A stretch of DNA of 32,000 nt from Candidatus Electronema halotolerans (GTDB lineage Bacteria > Desulfobacterota > Desulfobulbia > Desulfobulbales > Desulfobulbaceae): positions 390,001 through 422,000 of the forward strand of contig OW818675.1 in assembly GCA_942493095.1 (NCBI GenBank). Reading direction: 5' to 3'. Position 1 is the stretch's first letter; each line of letters opens with the position of its first letter. Positions 17,603 to 25,944 of the stretch are shown here, in pieces. The notes under the pieces are model-generated. The model had not been told where the DNA came from, ran no database searches, and saw only the letters and a program-made list of their open reading frames with translations. A program made the position numbers and the translations under genes.

Positions 17603-18145
17603 ATGAGCCATGATTGGAGGAGAAAAAAAGCCAGGTTCAAGGTACCAAGTGATAAAACACTAGGAATTGTCGTTCTTGGGGCGGTAGCAGTCGTAGCCGC
17701 GTTCACAATCCTCGGCAAAAGAATAGCCAAAGAACCTATTAGCGAAAGTTCTCAAATGTCCCATACCATAAGGGTGATCGACGGAGACACTATTGAATTA
17801 TCATCTGAGAAGCTGAGGCTATTCGGGATGGATGCACCAGAAAAAGGCCAACCATGCAAAAGGAACAATGCCCCCTATGATTGCGGCACTGCTTCTAAAG
17901 AGCATTTAGAATTCTTGCTTACAGGAGCAAAAGTTGAATGCACCAAGAAGAAGAAAGATAAATGGGGAAGATATATTGCCTTGTGCTCTGCGGATGGTGA
18001 AGATGTCAGTCGACTAATGGTACGACATGGATGGGCTATAGCTTATAGAGAATATTCAACTTCTTATGTTGAAGATGAGGAATTTGCTAAATCTAATAGG
18101 CTTGGAATGTGGTCAAAGCAATTTGCCGTTCCATCCGAATGGTGA
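17603..18145 (+). CDS. membrane-anchored thermonuclease (staphylococcal nuclease, SNase) family protein
   Basis: IRVIDGDTIEL...LRLFGMDAPEKGQ...DKWGRYIALC...MVRHGWAIAY carries the SNase Ca/catalytic residues (DGDT Asp, R, D-x-x-E, GRY Arg). The N-terminus is RRKKARFK followed by a hydrophobic helix (LGIVVLGAVAVVAAFTIL). Confidence 0.8.
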   Translation: MSHDWRRKKARFKVPSDKTLGIVVLGAVAVVAAFTILGKRIAKEPISESSQMSHTIRVIDGDTIELSSEKLRLFGMDAPEKGQPCKRNNAPYDCGTASKEHLEFLLTGAKVECTKKKKDKWGRYIALCSADGEDVSRLMVRHGWAIAYREYSTSYVEDEEFAKSNRLGMWSKQFAVPSEW

Positions 18146-18168
18146 AAATCTGATAACGGTGACAAATT

Positions 18169-18612
18169 ATGAGCGAAAATAGCGACGATAAGAACCTCAC
18201 TAAACCATATAGCGGTGTTCCTACGCAGATAAACCTTGGCCCAAGCACGTCCATGGATTTGTCGTGGCTCCCGGAAAACGAGCGGAAAGCCCTTTTGATC
18301 GACTATACAAAGGGTATGATGGATATCAGCCAAAAAGCGCAAGAGCTTCACGTTGATGCTGCTGTCTTGAAAAGAACCCTCGATGACCTATCAGATACTA
18401 CTCGGGAAGTCTCTGATAGTGGAAATGTTGTAACGATAACGCACTCTCAAACGACGAAAGTCGGACGTACAGAAATAATGATGGGGAATAGTGAGCAGGC
18501 CCAAAGTGGAAAATTATCGAAAAGCCAAACCGGGGGAAAGGATTGGACTCCCTACTATATATTTGGCGGCATCTTAGCCTTAATTATTATTGCTGCTTTA
18601 ATGAAGGGCTAA
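18169..18612 (+). CDS. hypothetical tail-anchored protein (147 aa)
   Basis: ORF 23 nt after the nuclease gene. It has a single C-terminal hydrophobic helix (YYIFGGILALIIIAALM). No family was recognised. Confidence 0.55.
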   Translation: MSENSDDKNLTKPYSGVPTQINLGPSTSMDLSWLPENERKALLIDYTKGMMDISQKAQELHVDAAVLKRTLDDLSDTTREVSDSGNVVTITHSQTTKVGRTEIMMGNSEQAQSGKLSKSQTGGKDWTPYYIFGGILALIIIAALMKG

Positions 18613-18613
18613 T

Positions 18614-18913
18614 ATGAAGCCTGTCAAGGTGTATGTTTCGGATGACATCGCCGTGGATTCCGCAATCGAGTATTTGCAAAGCCACATCCCGGATGATGTT
18701 AGAAACTCTCAGGAGTACGGCTTCATATTTCCTGAAATAAAATCATGCATCGAGGAGTTTTCACAAAAAGCAAAGAAATTGGCTAACGCCGGAACAACTA
18801 TCCACATAGACAAAGAATATAAAGTTGCCGGATCAAAAATACTCGTCGTCCTTGAATACCCAAGGAAGAAAGGACTCTTTGAAAGAATTGCAGGGATTCT
18901 TAGAAGAGGATAA
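18614..18913 (+). CDS. hypothetical soluble protein (99 aa)
   Basis: ORF starts 1 nt after the previous stop, and AAGGG lies upstream. No family was recognised. Confidence 0.55.
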   Translation: MKPVKVYVSDDIAVDSAIEYLQSHIPDDVRNSQEYGFIFPEIKSCIEEFSQKAKKLANAGTTIHIDKEYKVAGSKILVVLEYPRKKGLFERIAGILRRG

Positions 18914-18915
18914 AC

Positions 18916-19728
18916 ATGAGTCGATATAGAGGAAATCGATATCGATCCTATAATAGAAGATCGGTAGGACACGAAAGGGCTTTAGAACACATCCGCGAAG
19001 CAGAAGCCCTGTCTAGAGAATTAGGCGGCACGGACCAAGATGTTAAGAACTATTTCTTTTCTCTTTCTTCTGCCCAACTGAGAGCGATCTTCGATAAGTA
19101 CGAATCTCAATACGGTAACTCAGCAAGGGAATATGCTGAGAAAACTCTTCCAAGTTGGAAAAGCGGACGAGTTCATATGAGCGGAATGGTTGCGGAAAGA
19201 CTTTTCAACCTACTGCCACCTGTCATGCTAATCGAGGCAAAATTCCAGTTAACTGAAAGTTTGTGGAAACACGTTGGTCCATCTTCTAACAAAAAATTTT
19301 ATGTTGGAGTCGATGTTAATCTTGAAGATATTTCCAGTCGAGTAAAATCACACTTAGAAGAAGTGGTTACGCATTATCAAATACCAAGCTCAATGGAGGC
19401 AAGGTTCAACTGGCTTTCGCAAGGTGATGTCACTGTAAAACAACAACTACTAAATCATTTTCGCCAACAAGAGAAGGTGCTGCTATCAGAAGCACTTCGA
19501 ACTCAATTGCCGGTATTAATAAATCACTTGAATAGCGAAAAAGGAAGTCTTACAACACACGCAGCCCAAGTCCTTAAGGTAGGGAAACATGAGGTTCAAG
19601 TAGTTGTAACTGAGGGCATCAATGGAGTATCCGAAACAGCACCTGTAAGGATTTCTGAATCAAGCGATTACAGTTGGATATGGTGGGTAGTCGGAATTGT
19701 TTTTGTTTTGTGGCTACTGAGCAAGTAG
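18916..19728 (+). CDS. hypothetical tail-anchored protein (270 aa) with an Arg-rich N-terminus
   Basis: ORF starts 2 nt after the previous stop, with AGAGGA upstream. The C-terminal helix is YSWIWWVVGIVFVLWLL. No family was recognised. Confidence 0.55.
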   Translation: MSRYRGNRYRSYNRRSVGHERALEHIREAEALSRELGGTDQDVKNYFFSLSSAQLRAIFDKYESQYGNSAREYAEKTLPSWKSGRVHMSGMVAERLFNLLPPVMLIEAKFQLTESLWKHVGPSSNKKFYVGVDVNLEDISSRVKSHLEEVVTHYQIPSSMEARFNWLSQGDVTVKQQLLNHFRQQEKVLLSEALRTQLPVLINHLNSEKGSLTTHAAQVLKVGKHEVQVVVTEGINGVSETAPVRISESSDYSWIWWVVGIVFVLWLLSK

Positions 19729-19828
19729 CAGTGGATGCGATGAATAGCCCTAACAATCGCATGCACTCGGACAGCAAAAAGCACCGTTCTCGGTTTCACC
19801 TTTAAGCAGTGCTGTAGCTTCTGCCAAC

Positions 19829-20170
19829 ATGGCAGGCTTACCTTTTTTGATTCAGGCAAAGACTCCAGTCTATGCAACTTTAGTTGCATGTATTGTTGGT
19901 TTTATATTTATTTCCATTGGATTGTGCTGGAAACAGGTCATTAAATGGGCGTACAGAGGAACAGCATTACCTGAAAATATAAATCCTAATTTCGCCGAGA
20001 GTATCGACCAACGAATTTGGCGTTTCATTCAAAGATCAGCATACCCAGCGTTTGTTCTTCTCGGAGTTTCTTTGCCAGCAAAATTTTATTTAGACGCACA
20101 TCCTTTTGCAGAAGAAACACGTGGATTCAACTCGCAAGTGCAACTTTTTTTGGTTATCCAAAAAGCATAG
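19829..20170 (+). CDS. possible small membrane protein (113 aa) whose 3' end is supplied by the MITE-like element
   Basis: Two hydrophobic segments are present. No clear RBS was seen. The last 16 codons lie inside the inverted repeat that starts at 20121. Confidence 0.3.
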   Translation: MAGLPFLIQAKTPVYATLVACIVGFIFISIGLCWKQVIKWAYRGTALPENINPNFAESIDQRIWRFIQRSAYPAFVLLGVSLPAKFYLDAHPFAEETRGFNSQVQLFLVIQKA

Positions 20171-20306
20171 GTTGGCTGGCACTTTGAATACTTCATGTAA
20201 ATTTTCAATTATTTTCTCTTAGTTAGCGACAAAAGCAAAGTTGTGACACTCCCGTAACTGCCTTTTCTTGCAACCAAAAAAAGTTGCACTTGGAACTTGA
20301 ATTCAC
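20121..20306. repeat. MITE-like element 1 (186 bp) with 35-bp terminal inverted repeats starting GTGGATTCAA
   Basis: 20121-20155 (gtggattcaactcgcaagtgcaactttttttggtt) pairs with the reverse complement of 20272-20306 at 31 of 35 positions. It sits exactly at the low-GC to high-GC transition. Confidence 0.55.
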
Positions 20307-20323
20307 CTCGGAGTGCCAAAAAT

Positions 20324-20512
20324 ATGTCGCAAACCAACCTTCTCACCACCTCCACCAATCTGCAAAAGGCTGTTGCGTGGATCAGCGAGACCATGCAGCA
20401 GCACCCGGACAAGCAACGCGCCAAGGTGATGACCGCAGCAGAGCTGCGCTTTGACCTCACCCCTGCGGAATGCGAGTTTCTCCGCCGTCATTTTCACCAG
20501 ACGGACCGCTGA
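20324..20512 (+). CDS. small hypothetical protein (62 aa), translationally coupled to recD2
   Basis: The ATG at 20324 follows GGAG. Its stop TGA (20510-20512) lies 3 nt before the helicase ATG at 20516. GC content is host-like. Confidence 0.45.
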   Translation: MSQTNLLTTSTNLQKAVAWISETMQQHPDKQRAKVMTAAELRFDLTPAECEFLRRHFHQTDR

Positions 20513-20515
20513 CTG

Positions 20516-23038
20516 ATGCTTCCACCTCTGCCCTCTTCGCAGCTCCCGCCGGAAACCCTCAGCGGCGTGATTGAGCGCATCACCTACCACAGCCCGGAAA
20601 ACGGCTGGACAGTGCTGCGGGTCAATCCCTTTGATTCGCGAGGCGGCACGGCCACGGTGATTGTCCATCAGGTTCGAGTCTTTGCCGGGGCAACCATGCA
20701 GTTCAGCGGCGAATGGGTTGTGCATCCCCGCTTTGGCCGCCAGTTCAAGGCCAAGCAGGCTGCGGAGCTGAAACCGGCCTCAGCAGGCGCGCTGGAAAAA
20801 TACCTCGGCTCCGGCCTGATCAAGGGTGTCGGCCCCAAGACGGCCCGCAAGATTGTTGAGCATTTCGGCAAGGATACGTTGGAGGTCTTTGAGGAGCGGA
20901 TTGAGCAACTCACTGACGTGCCCGGCATTGCCGAGAAAAAGCTGAACATGATCAGCACGGCCTGGACAGAGCACCGCGCCATCCGCGACGTGATGCTCTT
21001 CCTTCAGACGCACGGCATCTCCACCCTCTTCGCGGTGCGCATCTACAAGCAGTACGGCGACGAGTCGATTGCCATTGTCTCGGCCAATCCCTACCGCTTG
21101 GCTGAAGATTTCTACGGCATCGGCTTTTTCTCGGCGGACAAAGTGGCTCTGTCCATCGGCTTTGGGCAGGACTCGCCTTTGCGCATCACTGCCGCCATCC
21201 GCCATGTCCTCAATACCAGCCGGGAGCAGGGCCATTGCTGGCTGACCCAGGCCCAGATTGACAAGCAAGTTGCCGAGCTGCTGCAACTCAATCTCTCCGA
21301 CCGCATCGCCCTGTTTCTCCACGAAATGGAGCAGCAGGACAAGCTGCGCGTCCGCCTGCTGGTCACGCGCAAGGGCCGGGAGGCGGAACGCTGCTACTAC
21401 TCGAAGAGCCTGTATTATGACGAGAAGTACGTGGCCGAGCGGCTGCGGGCTATGGTGCGGCCTTTGCCGCATAGTGTTGAACGGATTACCGATTGGCTGC
21501 GGCGTGCTGGAGAAACGACAAGTTTTCAGCTTGCGGCAGAACAGGCCTCGGCAATTTTGACCATAGCCTGCTGTCAGTTCGCCATTCTCACCGGCGGGCC
21601 GGGCTGCGGCAAGACCACGACCACGCGGGTCTTGGTTGCCCTGCTGCGGGCTATGGGCCGCTCAGTGACGCTGGCTGCGCCCACAGGCCGGGCTGCCCAG
21701 CGCATGGGCGAGGTCATCGGCTTGGAGGCCAAAACCATCCACCGTTTGCTGGAGTTTCAGGGCACGGGCTTCAAGCGCAACGAGGACAATCCCCTCAAGA
21801 CGGATGTCTTGATTGTTGATGAATGCTCGATGCTTGACATCAGCCTGACTGCGGCCCTGCTCAAGGCGGTCAGCAAGGACACAGCCTTGGTCTTTATCGG
21901 CGACGCGGATCAGCTCCCCTCGGTCGGGGCAGGCAATGTGCTGCGTGATTTGATCGCGTCGGGCAGCATTCCGGTCTGCACTTTGAACACCATTTTCCGG
22001 CAGGCGAGCCGCTCCAGCATCATCACTTTTGCCCATCAGATCAACTGCGGCGAAACGCCCAAGGTCGGCTCACCCTTCAAGCATCCTGAGCTGTGGAAGA
22101 GCAACGACTGCCTGTTCATTGATTCCGACGAGGCGACCCAAGCCCAGCTCGGTTTCATTGCCAAGGCCCGGCAGCATTTTCAGACGGTCGAGGAGCGCGA
22201 GCAGGCCGGGACTGAAGACCCGTTCAGCTTTGAGGCGGAAACGATCAGCAGTCCGTATCAGCGTTTTGAGCTGCCGGAGCAGTTCCAGCATGTTGACTTG
22301 CAGAGCTTGGCCGTGGCGGAAGGCCCGGCGGCGGAGCTGTCCGCAGTGGTGAAAAAGGTCCATCCGTGGTCATCGCTCTATTACGGCCTGACGGCGGCGG
22401 ACACGGTGCGGCGGCTTTATACGGAATGGATTCCCAAATACTGCGGCAAGGACTGCGAGATTCAGGTGCTTTCGCCCATGAACCGGGGCAGTCTCGGCAC
22501 AGGCGCGCTCAACAAGATGCTGCAAGAGGCGGTCAATCCACCGCAGGAAGGGCGGGCCGAAATCAGGCTCGGCGGCGAGCGGCTTTTCCGCACCGGCGAC
22601 CGGGTCATTCATCGGCGCAACAACTATGATCTCGGCGTGTTCAACGGCGACATCGGCAGGATTATCGAGGTGAACAACGCGGATTTGACCCTGCGCGTCC
22701 GCTTCTTCCCGGATCAGCGTGAGGTCGAGTATCAGCGCGAGCAGCTTACGGAATTGGAACTGGCCTACGCGATCACCATTCACAAGGCGCAGGGTTCAGA
22801 GTTTGAGGCGGTGATTCTGCCGGTGCTGACCCAGCATTTTCGGATGCTCTTCCACAACCTGCTCTACACCGGTCTGACGCGGGCACGGAAGCTGGCGGTG
22901 TTCGTCGGCACGAGGAAGGCGTTGACGATGGCGGTGAAGAATCGGGATACGGGGCTGCGGCAGACGGCGTTAAGGGAGTTGGTGGGAGGAAACGCTGTGG
23001 ATTCAAATTGCATAGGAGTTACGCAGTTGGCTTTATAA
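20516..23038 (+). CDS. recD2: RecD2-type (RecD-like) SF1 ATP-dependent DNA helicase, full length
   Basis: N-terminal LSGVIERITYHSPENGWTVLRV, helix-hairpin-helix GSGLIKGVGPKTARKIV, Walker A LTGGPGCGKTT, DECSML, IGDADQLPSVGAGNVL and TIHKAQGSEF. The last 16 codons (NAVDSNCIGVTQLAL) are encoded by MITE-like element 2. Confidence 0.9.
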   Translation: MLPPLPSSQLPPETLSGVIERITYHSPENGWTVLRVNPFDSRGGTATVIVHQVRVFAGATMQFSGEWVVHPRFGRQFKAKQAAELKPASAGALEKYLGSGLIKGVGPKTARKIVEHFGKDTLEVFEERIEQLTDVPGIAEKKLNMISTAWTEHRAIRDVMLFLQTHGISTLFAVRIYKQYGDESIAIVSANPYRLAEDFYGIGFFSADKVALSIGFGQDSPLRITAAIRHVLNTSREQGHCWLTQAQIDKQVAELLQLNLSDRIALFLHEMEQQDKLRVRLLVTRKGREAERCYYSKSLYYDEKYVAERLRAMVRPLPHSVERITDWLRRAGETTSFQLAAEQASAILTIACCQFAILTGGPGCGKTTTTRVLVALLRAMGRSVTLAAPTGRAAQRMGEVIGLEAKTIHRLLEFQGTGFKRNEDNPLKTDVLIVDECSMLDISLTAALLKAVSKDTALVFIGDADQLPSVGAGNVLRDLIASGSIPVCTLNTIFRQASRSSIITFAHQINCGETPKVGSPFKHPELWKSNDCLFIDSDEATQAQLGFIAKARQHFQTVEEREQAGTEDPFSFEAETISSPYQRFELPEQFQHVDLQSLAVAEGPAAELSAVVKKVHPWSSLYYGLTAADTVRRLYTEWIPKYCGKDCEIQVLSPMNRGSLGTGALNKMLQEAVNPPQEGRAEIRLGGERLFRTGDRVIHRRNNYDLGVFNGDIGRIIEVNNADLTLRVRFFPDQREVEYQREQLTELELAYAITIHKAQGSEFEAVILPVLTQHFRMLFHNLLYTGLTRARKLAVFVGTRKALTMAVKNRDTGLRQTALRELVGGNAVDSNCIGVTQLAL

Positions 23039-23151
23039 CTCGTTGATTTTGTTCAACTGGCAGTTTATGCGGCCAAGGGTCAACTTGCTGTAATAATTGA
23101 ACTCCTATTTTCAACTGCGTAAGTCCTATTGCATTTACAACTTGAATCCAC
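22997..23151. repeat. MITE-like element 2 (155 bp) with imperfect 33/40-nt terminal inverted repeats starting GTGGATTCAA
   Basis: Left arm is gtggattcaaattgcataggagttacgcagttg. The reverse complement of the right arm is gtggattcaagttgtaaatgcaataggacttacgcagttg. The arms share a 10-nt terminal block and an 11-nt internal block. The element is followed by TTTTTT. Confidence 0.5.
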
Positions 23152-23158
23152 GAATTTT

Positions 23159-24457
23159 TTAGAGGCTGTAAGTTAACGACAGCACGCTATTGAAACTATC
23201 CTCAGAAAAGCTCGCGCCAATATCCACCTTGATATCTTTGTTCCAGTTTACACCACCACCTAATGTATAATACATTTGATCAGAATCAATTGCCTGAAAA
23301 CCATCATGATCCGGGATGCGGAAGAGACCAGCCCGAATTTGACAATTCAAGCTGTTAGAAACAATAAAGGTCTTTTCCGTGCCGAAACGGAGAATTACAC
23401 CGTCGTCTATTTCCTCATCCAGCGTATTGCCACTCGTGCTGGCATCTGCCAACGCGGAATATCCCACCCAATCTGCCTGCGCGGTTAGCAGCCAGTTTGG
23501 AACAGGATACCACGCCACACCAACACTCCAGATGTCTGGAGTGTCAAAAATGGCCTGCAAGTTTTCGATGGCATCATCGCAGCTACTCAGGGAGCATGTG
23601 GTTTCTACACTGCTGTAATCAATGCTGAATGAACTGCCTTTGCGGTATGAAAGAGCGGCAGAAATATCAGAAGCCGGTTTGAACAGCATTCCTAAGCTGA
23701 AGCTAAAGTCATTGTCGTTACCGTCAATTATGCCGCCATAGCTGATCGAGCTGTCATGAACACTGCCGGTATAGGTGTTCGTCGTCCACATTTCACGCAA
23801 ATTAGTGTTCAGTGTTTCCAAACTGACCGCAGCACCGAAAGAAAACAGCTCGCTATAGTTGAAAGCAGCAGCTATTCCATAACTCCTCTTTCGATATTCC
23901 TCAATGTTTTTTTCAGAAATATTCTCTTGCAGAAGATTTAAGGTGCTATCGAATACCGGCTCCGGCCCGGAGTTTTGATTGTCGCTGCCAGTGAAAGCCG
24001 AACTGCGATAATAGACAGAGGCGGTTAGCTTTCCGGGAACGACTTGCATCGCCGCACCAGCAAAAGAAAGATCGGCAATGCTGTCATCAAAGGTTCTGAA
24101 CTCATCCAGATCAGGTCCCAAACCGATATTGTTGACTGAAGCATAGGTGTCCATGTAATCTTTTTCATAGGACGAATAGCTAATATCGACTGCAAGCTGC
24201 ATATCTCGCAATGCAGACAGGCCTGCCGGATTCAGAGCCGAAGCCCGCACGTCATCAGCAACAGCTAACGCTGCTCCACCCATGGCGAGATATTTGCCAC
24301 CTGTAACTTCAGAAGGTTCTAAGTCAAAAGGCAGATGGAGTGCCCAATAGCCATTGCTGCTGAGACCATGAGGGTTGCCCCATGCCACACTGCTCAGACA
24401 AAATGAAGCTGTAATGGCGCTCAACAGAATCATTTTCACCTTTACACATGGAGACAT
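23159..24457 (-). CDS. outer-membrane beta-barrel protein, possibly FadL/TodX-like
   Basis: Signal peptide (ILLSAITASFCLSSVAWG). The block YLAMGGAALAVADDVRASALNPAGLSAL resembles the N-terminal FadL-family motif. Alternating beta-strand patterns run to the C-terminus. GGGAGG lies 7-8 nt before the ATG. Confidence 0.55.
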   Translation of the reverse strand: MSPCVKVKMILLSAITASFCLSSVAWGNPHGLSSNGYWALHLPFDLEPSEVTGGKYLAMGGAALAVADDVRASALNPAGLSALRDMQLAVDISYSSYEKDYMDTYASVNNIGLGPDLDEFRTFDDSIADLSFAGAAMQVVPGKLTASVYYRSSAFTGSDNQNSGPEPVFDSTLNLLQENISEKNIEEYRKRSYGIAAAFNYSELFSFGAAVSLETLNTNLREMWTTNTYTGSVHDSSISYGGIIDGNDNDFSFSLGMLFKPASDISAALSYRKGSSFSIDYSSVETTCSLSSCDDAIENLQAIFDTPDIWSVGVAWYPVPNWLLTAQADWVGYSALADASTSGNTLDEEIDDGVILRFGTEKTFIVSNSLNCQIRAGLFRIPDHDGFQAIDSDQMYYTLGGGVNWNKDIKVDIGASFSEDSFNSVLSLTYSL

Positions 24458-24466
24458 CTTTCTTTC

Positions 24467-24507
24467 CTCCCTTTTTATAAAAAGGGAGAGACAAAATTAT
24501 CTCTCCC
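24467..24507 (-). promoter_or_regulatory. overlapping hairpins at the OMP ribosome-binding site (terminator-like stem plus a 22-bp perfect palindrome)
   Basis: On the minus strand GGGAGAGA-uaauuuug-UCUCUCCC-UUUUUA forms a terminator-like stem. The 22-bp palindrome CTCCCTTTTTATAAAAAGGGAG (24467-24488) shares the CUCCC arm with that stem and includes the SD purines. Confidence 0.35.
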
Positions 24508-24671
24508 CGGGCTGATATAACGGTTGCACGAAAAATGGCAATCAGTTTGATATGGCGACCATCATATAAACTCATTTGCTTTATATAATTAAACTCCTTA
24601 ACAAAGCAGAGATGTCTGATAGCCGTTCACCACATAACCGCTATAGTTCCGACATAGATCACGCCTTGGAA

Positions 24672-25256
24672 TTATTTCCGATCATACGCACAGCATCCAT
24701 TCTTGCTGGCCGGATAGAAAGATTCAAAGTTTTGACCTTTGGCGTACTGCGAACAGCGTTGGCCACTTTTGCTGACAAAGGTGGATTCACAGCTCATCCG
24801 GTAGGACTCGCCGCAGACAATATTTGGCCTGTCGGTCATTTTTTCAAATGATGCCGTGCTACCTATCGCCTCGGACACTGCACAGAAAATTTCTGCTGAC
24901 CATTCGCCGGACGCATTACCTATCATGCTGCACTCGTCAGTACATTTATTAACGATGTCATCTAACGAGCTGTTCAAGCCTGCAATGTATCCGTTACCAA
25001 AGTCCACTGCCATCTTCCCTGTAAACCTTCTGTTTTTTATATCACGAACAACTCGATCTACAGCATCGCCGACAATCTGCACCAAGTTGTCCGCTCTGTG
25101 GCAATCTTGGCCGAGGTTATTCCATGCAGCGGAAACAAGTTTAGATGAAGTCCGCTTCGCCATGTTGTAGAAACCGCTCTGGGCTGCGGCATTTTTCGCA
25201 TACCCATTCAACAACAGGAGAGATGATGCGAATAGAACTAACATTAGTTTTTTCAT
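24672..25256 (-). CDS. secreted Cys-rich hypothetical protein (194 aa, 9 Cys)
   Basis: Signal peptide MKKLMLVLFASSLLLLNGYAKNAAA and an RBS-like AGAGGAAAAG upstream. Low GC. No family was recognised. Confidence 0.55.
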   Translation of the reverse strand: MKKLMLVLFASSLLLLNGYAKNAAAQSGFYNMAKRTSSKLVSAAWNNLGQDCHRADNLVQIVGDAVDRVVRDIKNRRFTGKMAVDFGNGYIAGLNSSLDDIVNKCTDECSMIGNASGEWSAEIFCAVSEAIGSTASFEKMTDRPNIVCGESYRMSCESTFVSKSGQRCSQYAKGQNFESFYPASKNGCCAYDRK

Positions 25257-25299
25257 ACGCTTTTCCTCTTTTTTGGTGATTGATGGTCTCTATTTGCCT

Positions 25300-25857
25300 T
25301 TACTCAGCACAGATTTTGCTGAATTTCGATACGGGAAAATTATAACTGAAGGCCGTGGAAAAGCTTCCCCGAACCTTGCTTTTGCAATCAATGCTGCATA
25401 CTTGGTATGGGTATGAAATATTTAAAACCATATCAACGATTTGAGTGATAGTAATATTCCACGACCCTAACTGAACTTCGCATTCATGAATGAACGGCAC
25501 AATGGTGCTGACGATAAAACTCTCCTCCATGCAGCTAACGCTGTTTTCTTGGTTGATACGGTCAATTTCGTCATAGTAAGAATGGATCAGCGTTGGCAGG
25601 AAATCGTTCAGGATGACATCGCTCGAATAACTGCGCTGTATCGAACGTAGCGAGCGGGTCAGAATCTTTGGCATGTGCTCGTCGCGAATGGTTTTCCACG
25701 GGATACCATTCGCTTTCAAGTTTTTGTAGATAGTACGCACCGATGCTTTGGCGAGCTTATCAGCCACTTCGCGAGCATCTCCTGTTTGTGAATACGCCAC
25801 GCTAGGCACAACGAGAAACAAGCCAAACAGCAGAATAATTAGTTCTTTCTTATTCAT
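25300..25857 (-). CDS. secreted hypothetical protein (185 aa, 5 Cys)
   Basis: Signal peptide MNKKELIILLFGLFLVVPSVAYS and GGAGGA upstream of the ATG. Low GC. No family was recognised. Confidence 0.55.
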   Translation of the reverse strand: MNKKELIILLFGLFLVVPSVAYSQTGDAREVADKLAKASVRTIYKNLKANGIPWKTIRDEHMPKILTRSLRSIQRSYSSDVILNDFLPTLIHSYYDEIDRINQENSVSCMEESFIVSTIVPFIHECEVQLGSWNITITQIVDMVLNISYPYQVCSIDCKSKVRGSFSTAFSYNFPVSKFSKICAE

Positions 25858-25944
25858 TTTATATCCTCCATTGAATTATTAAATGCCCAGCCGTAAGCGG
25901 TAGGGTATCAATTTCTCGGCTTCCTATCTCTGATCTCAAAAATT

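Noticed and set aside
20283-20300. Possible sigma54 promoter (TTGCACTTGGAACTTGAAT) upstream of the small ORF
   Set aside because: When aligned to TGGCAC-N5-TTGC, the -12 GC element is missing. The sequence is better explained as part of the right inverted repeat of MITE-like element 1.
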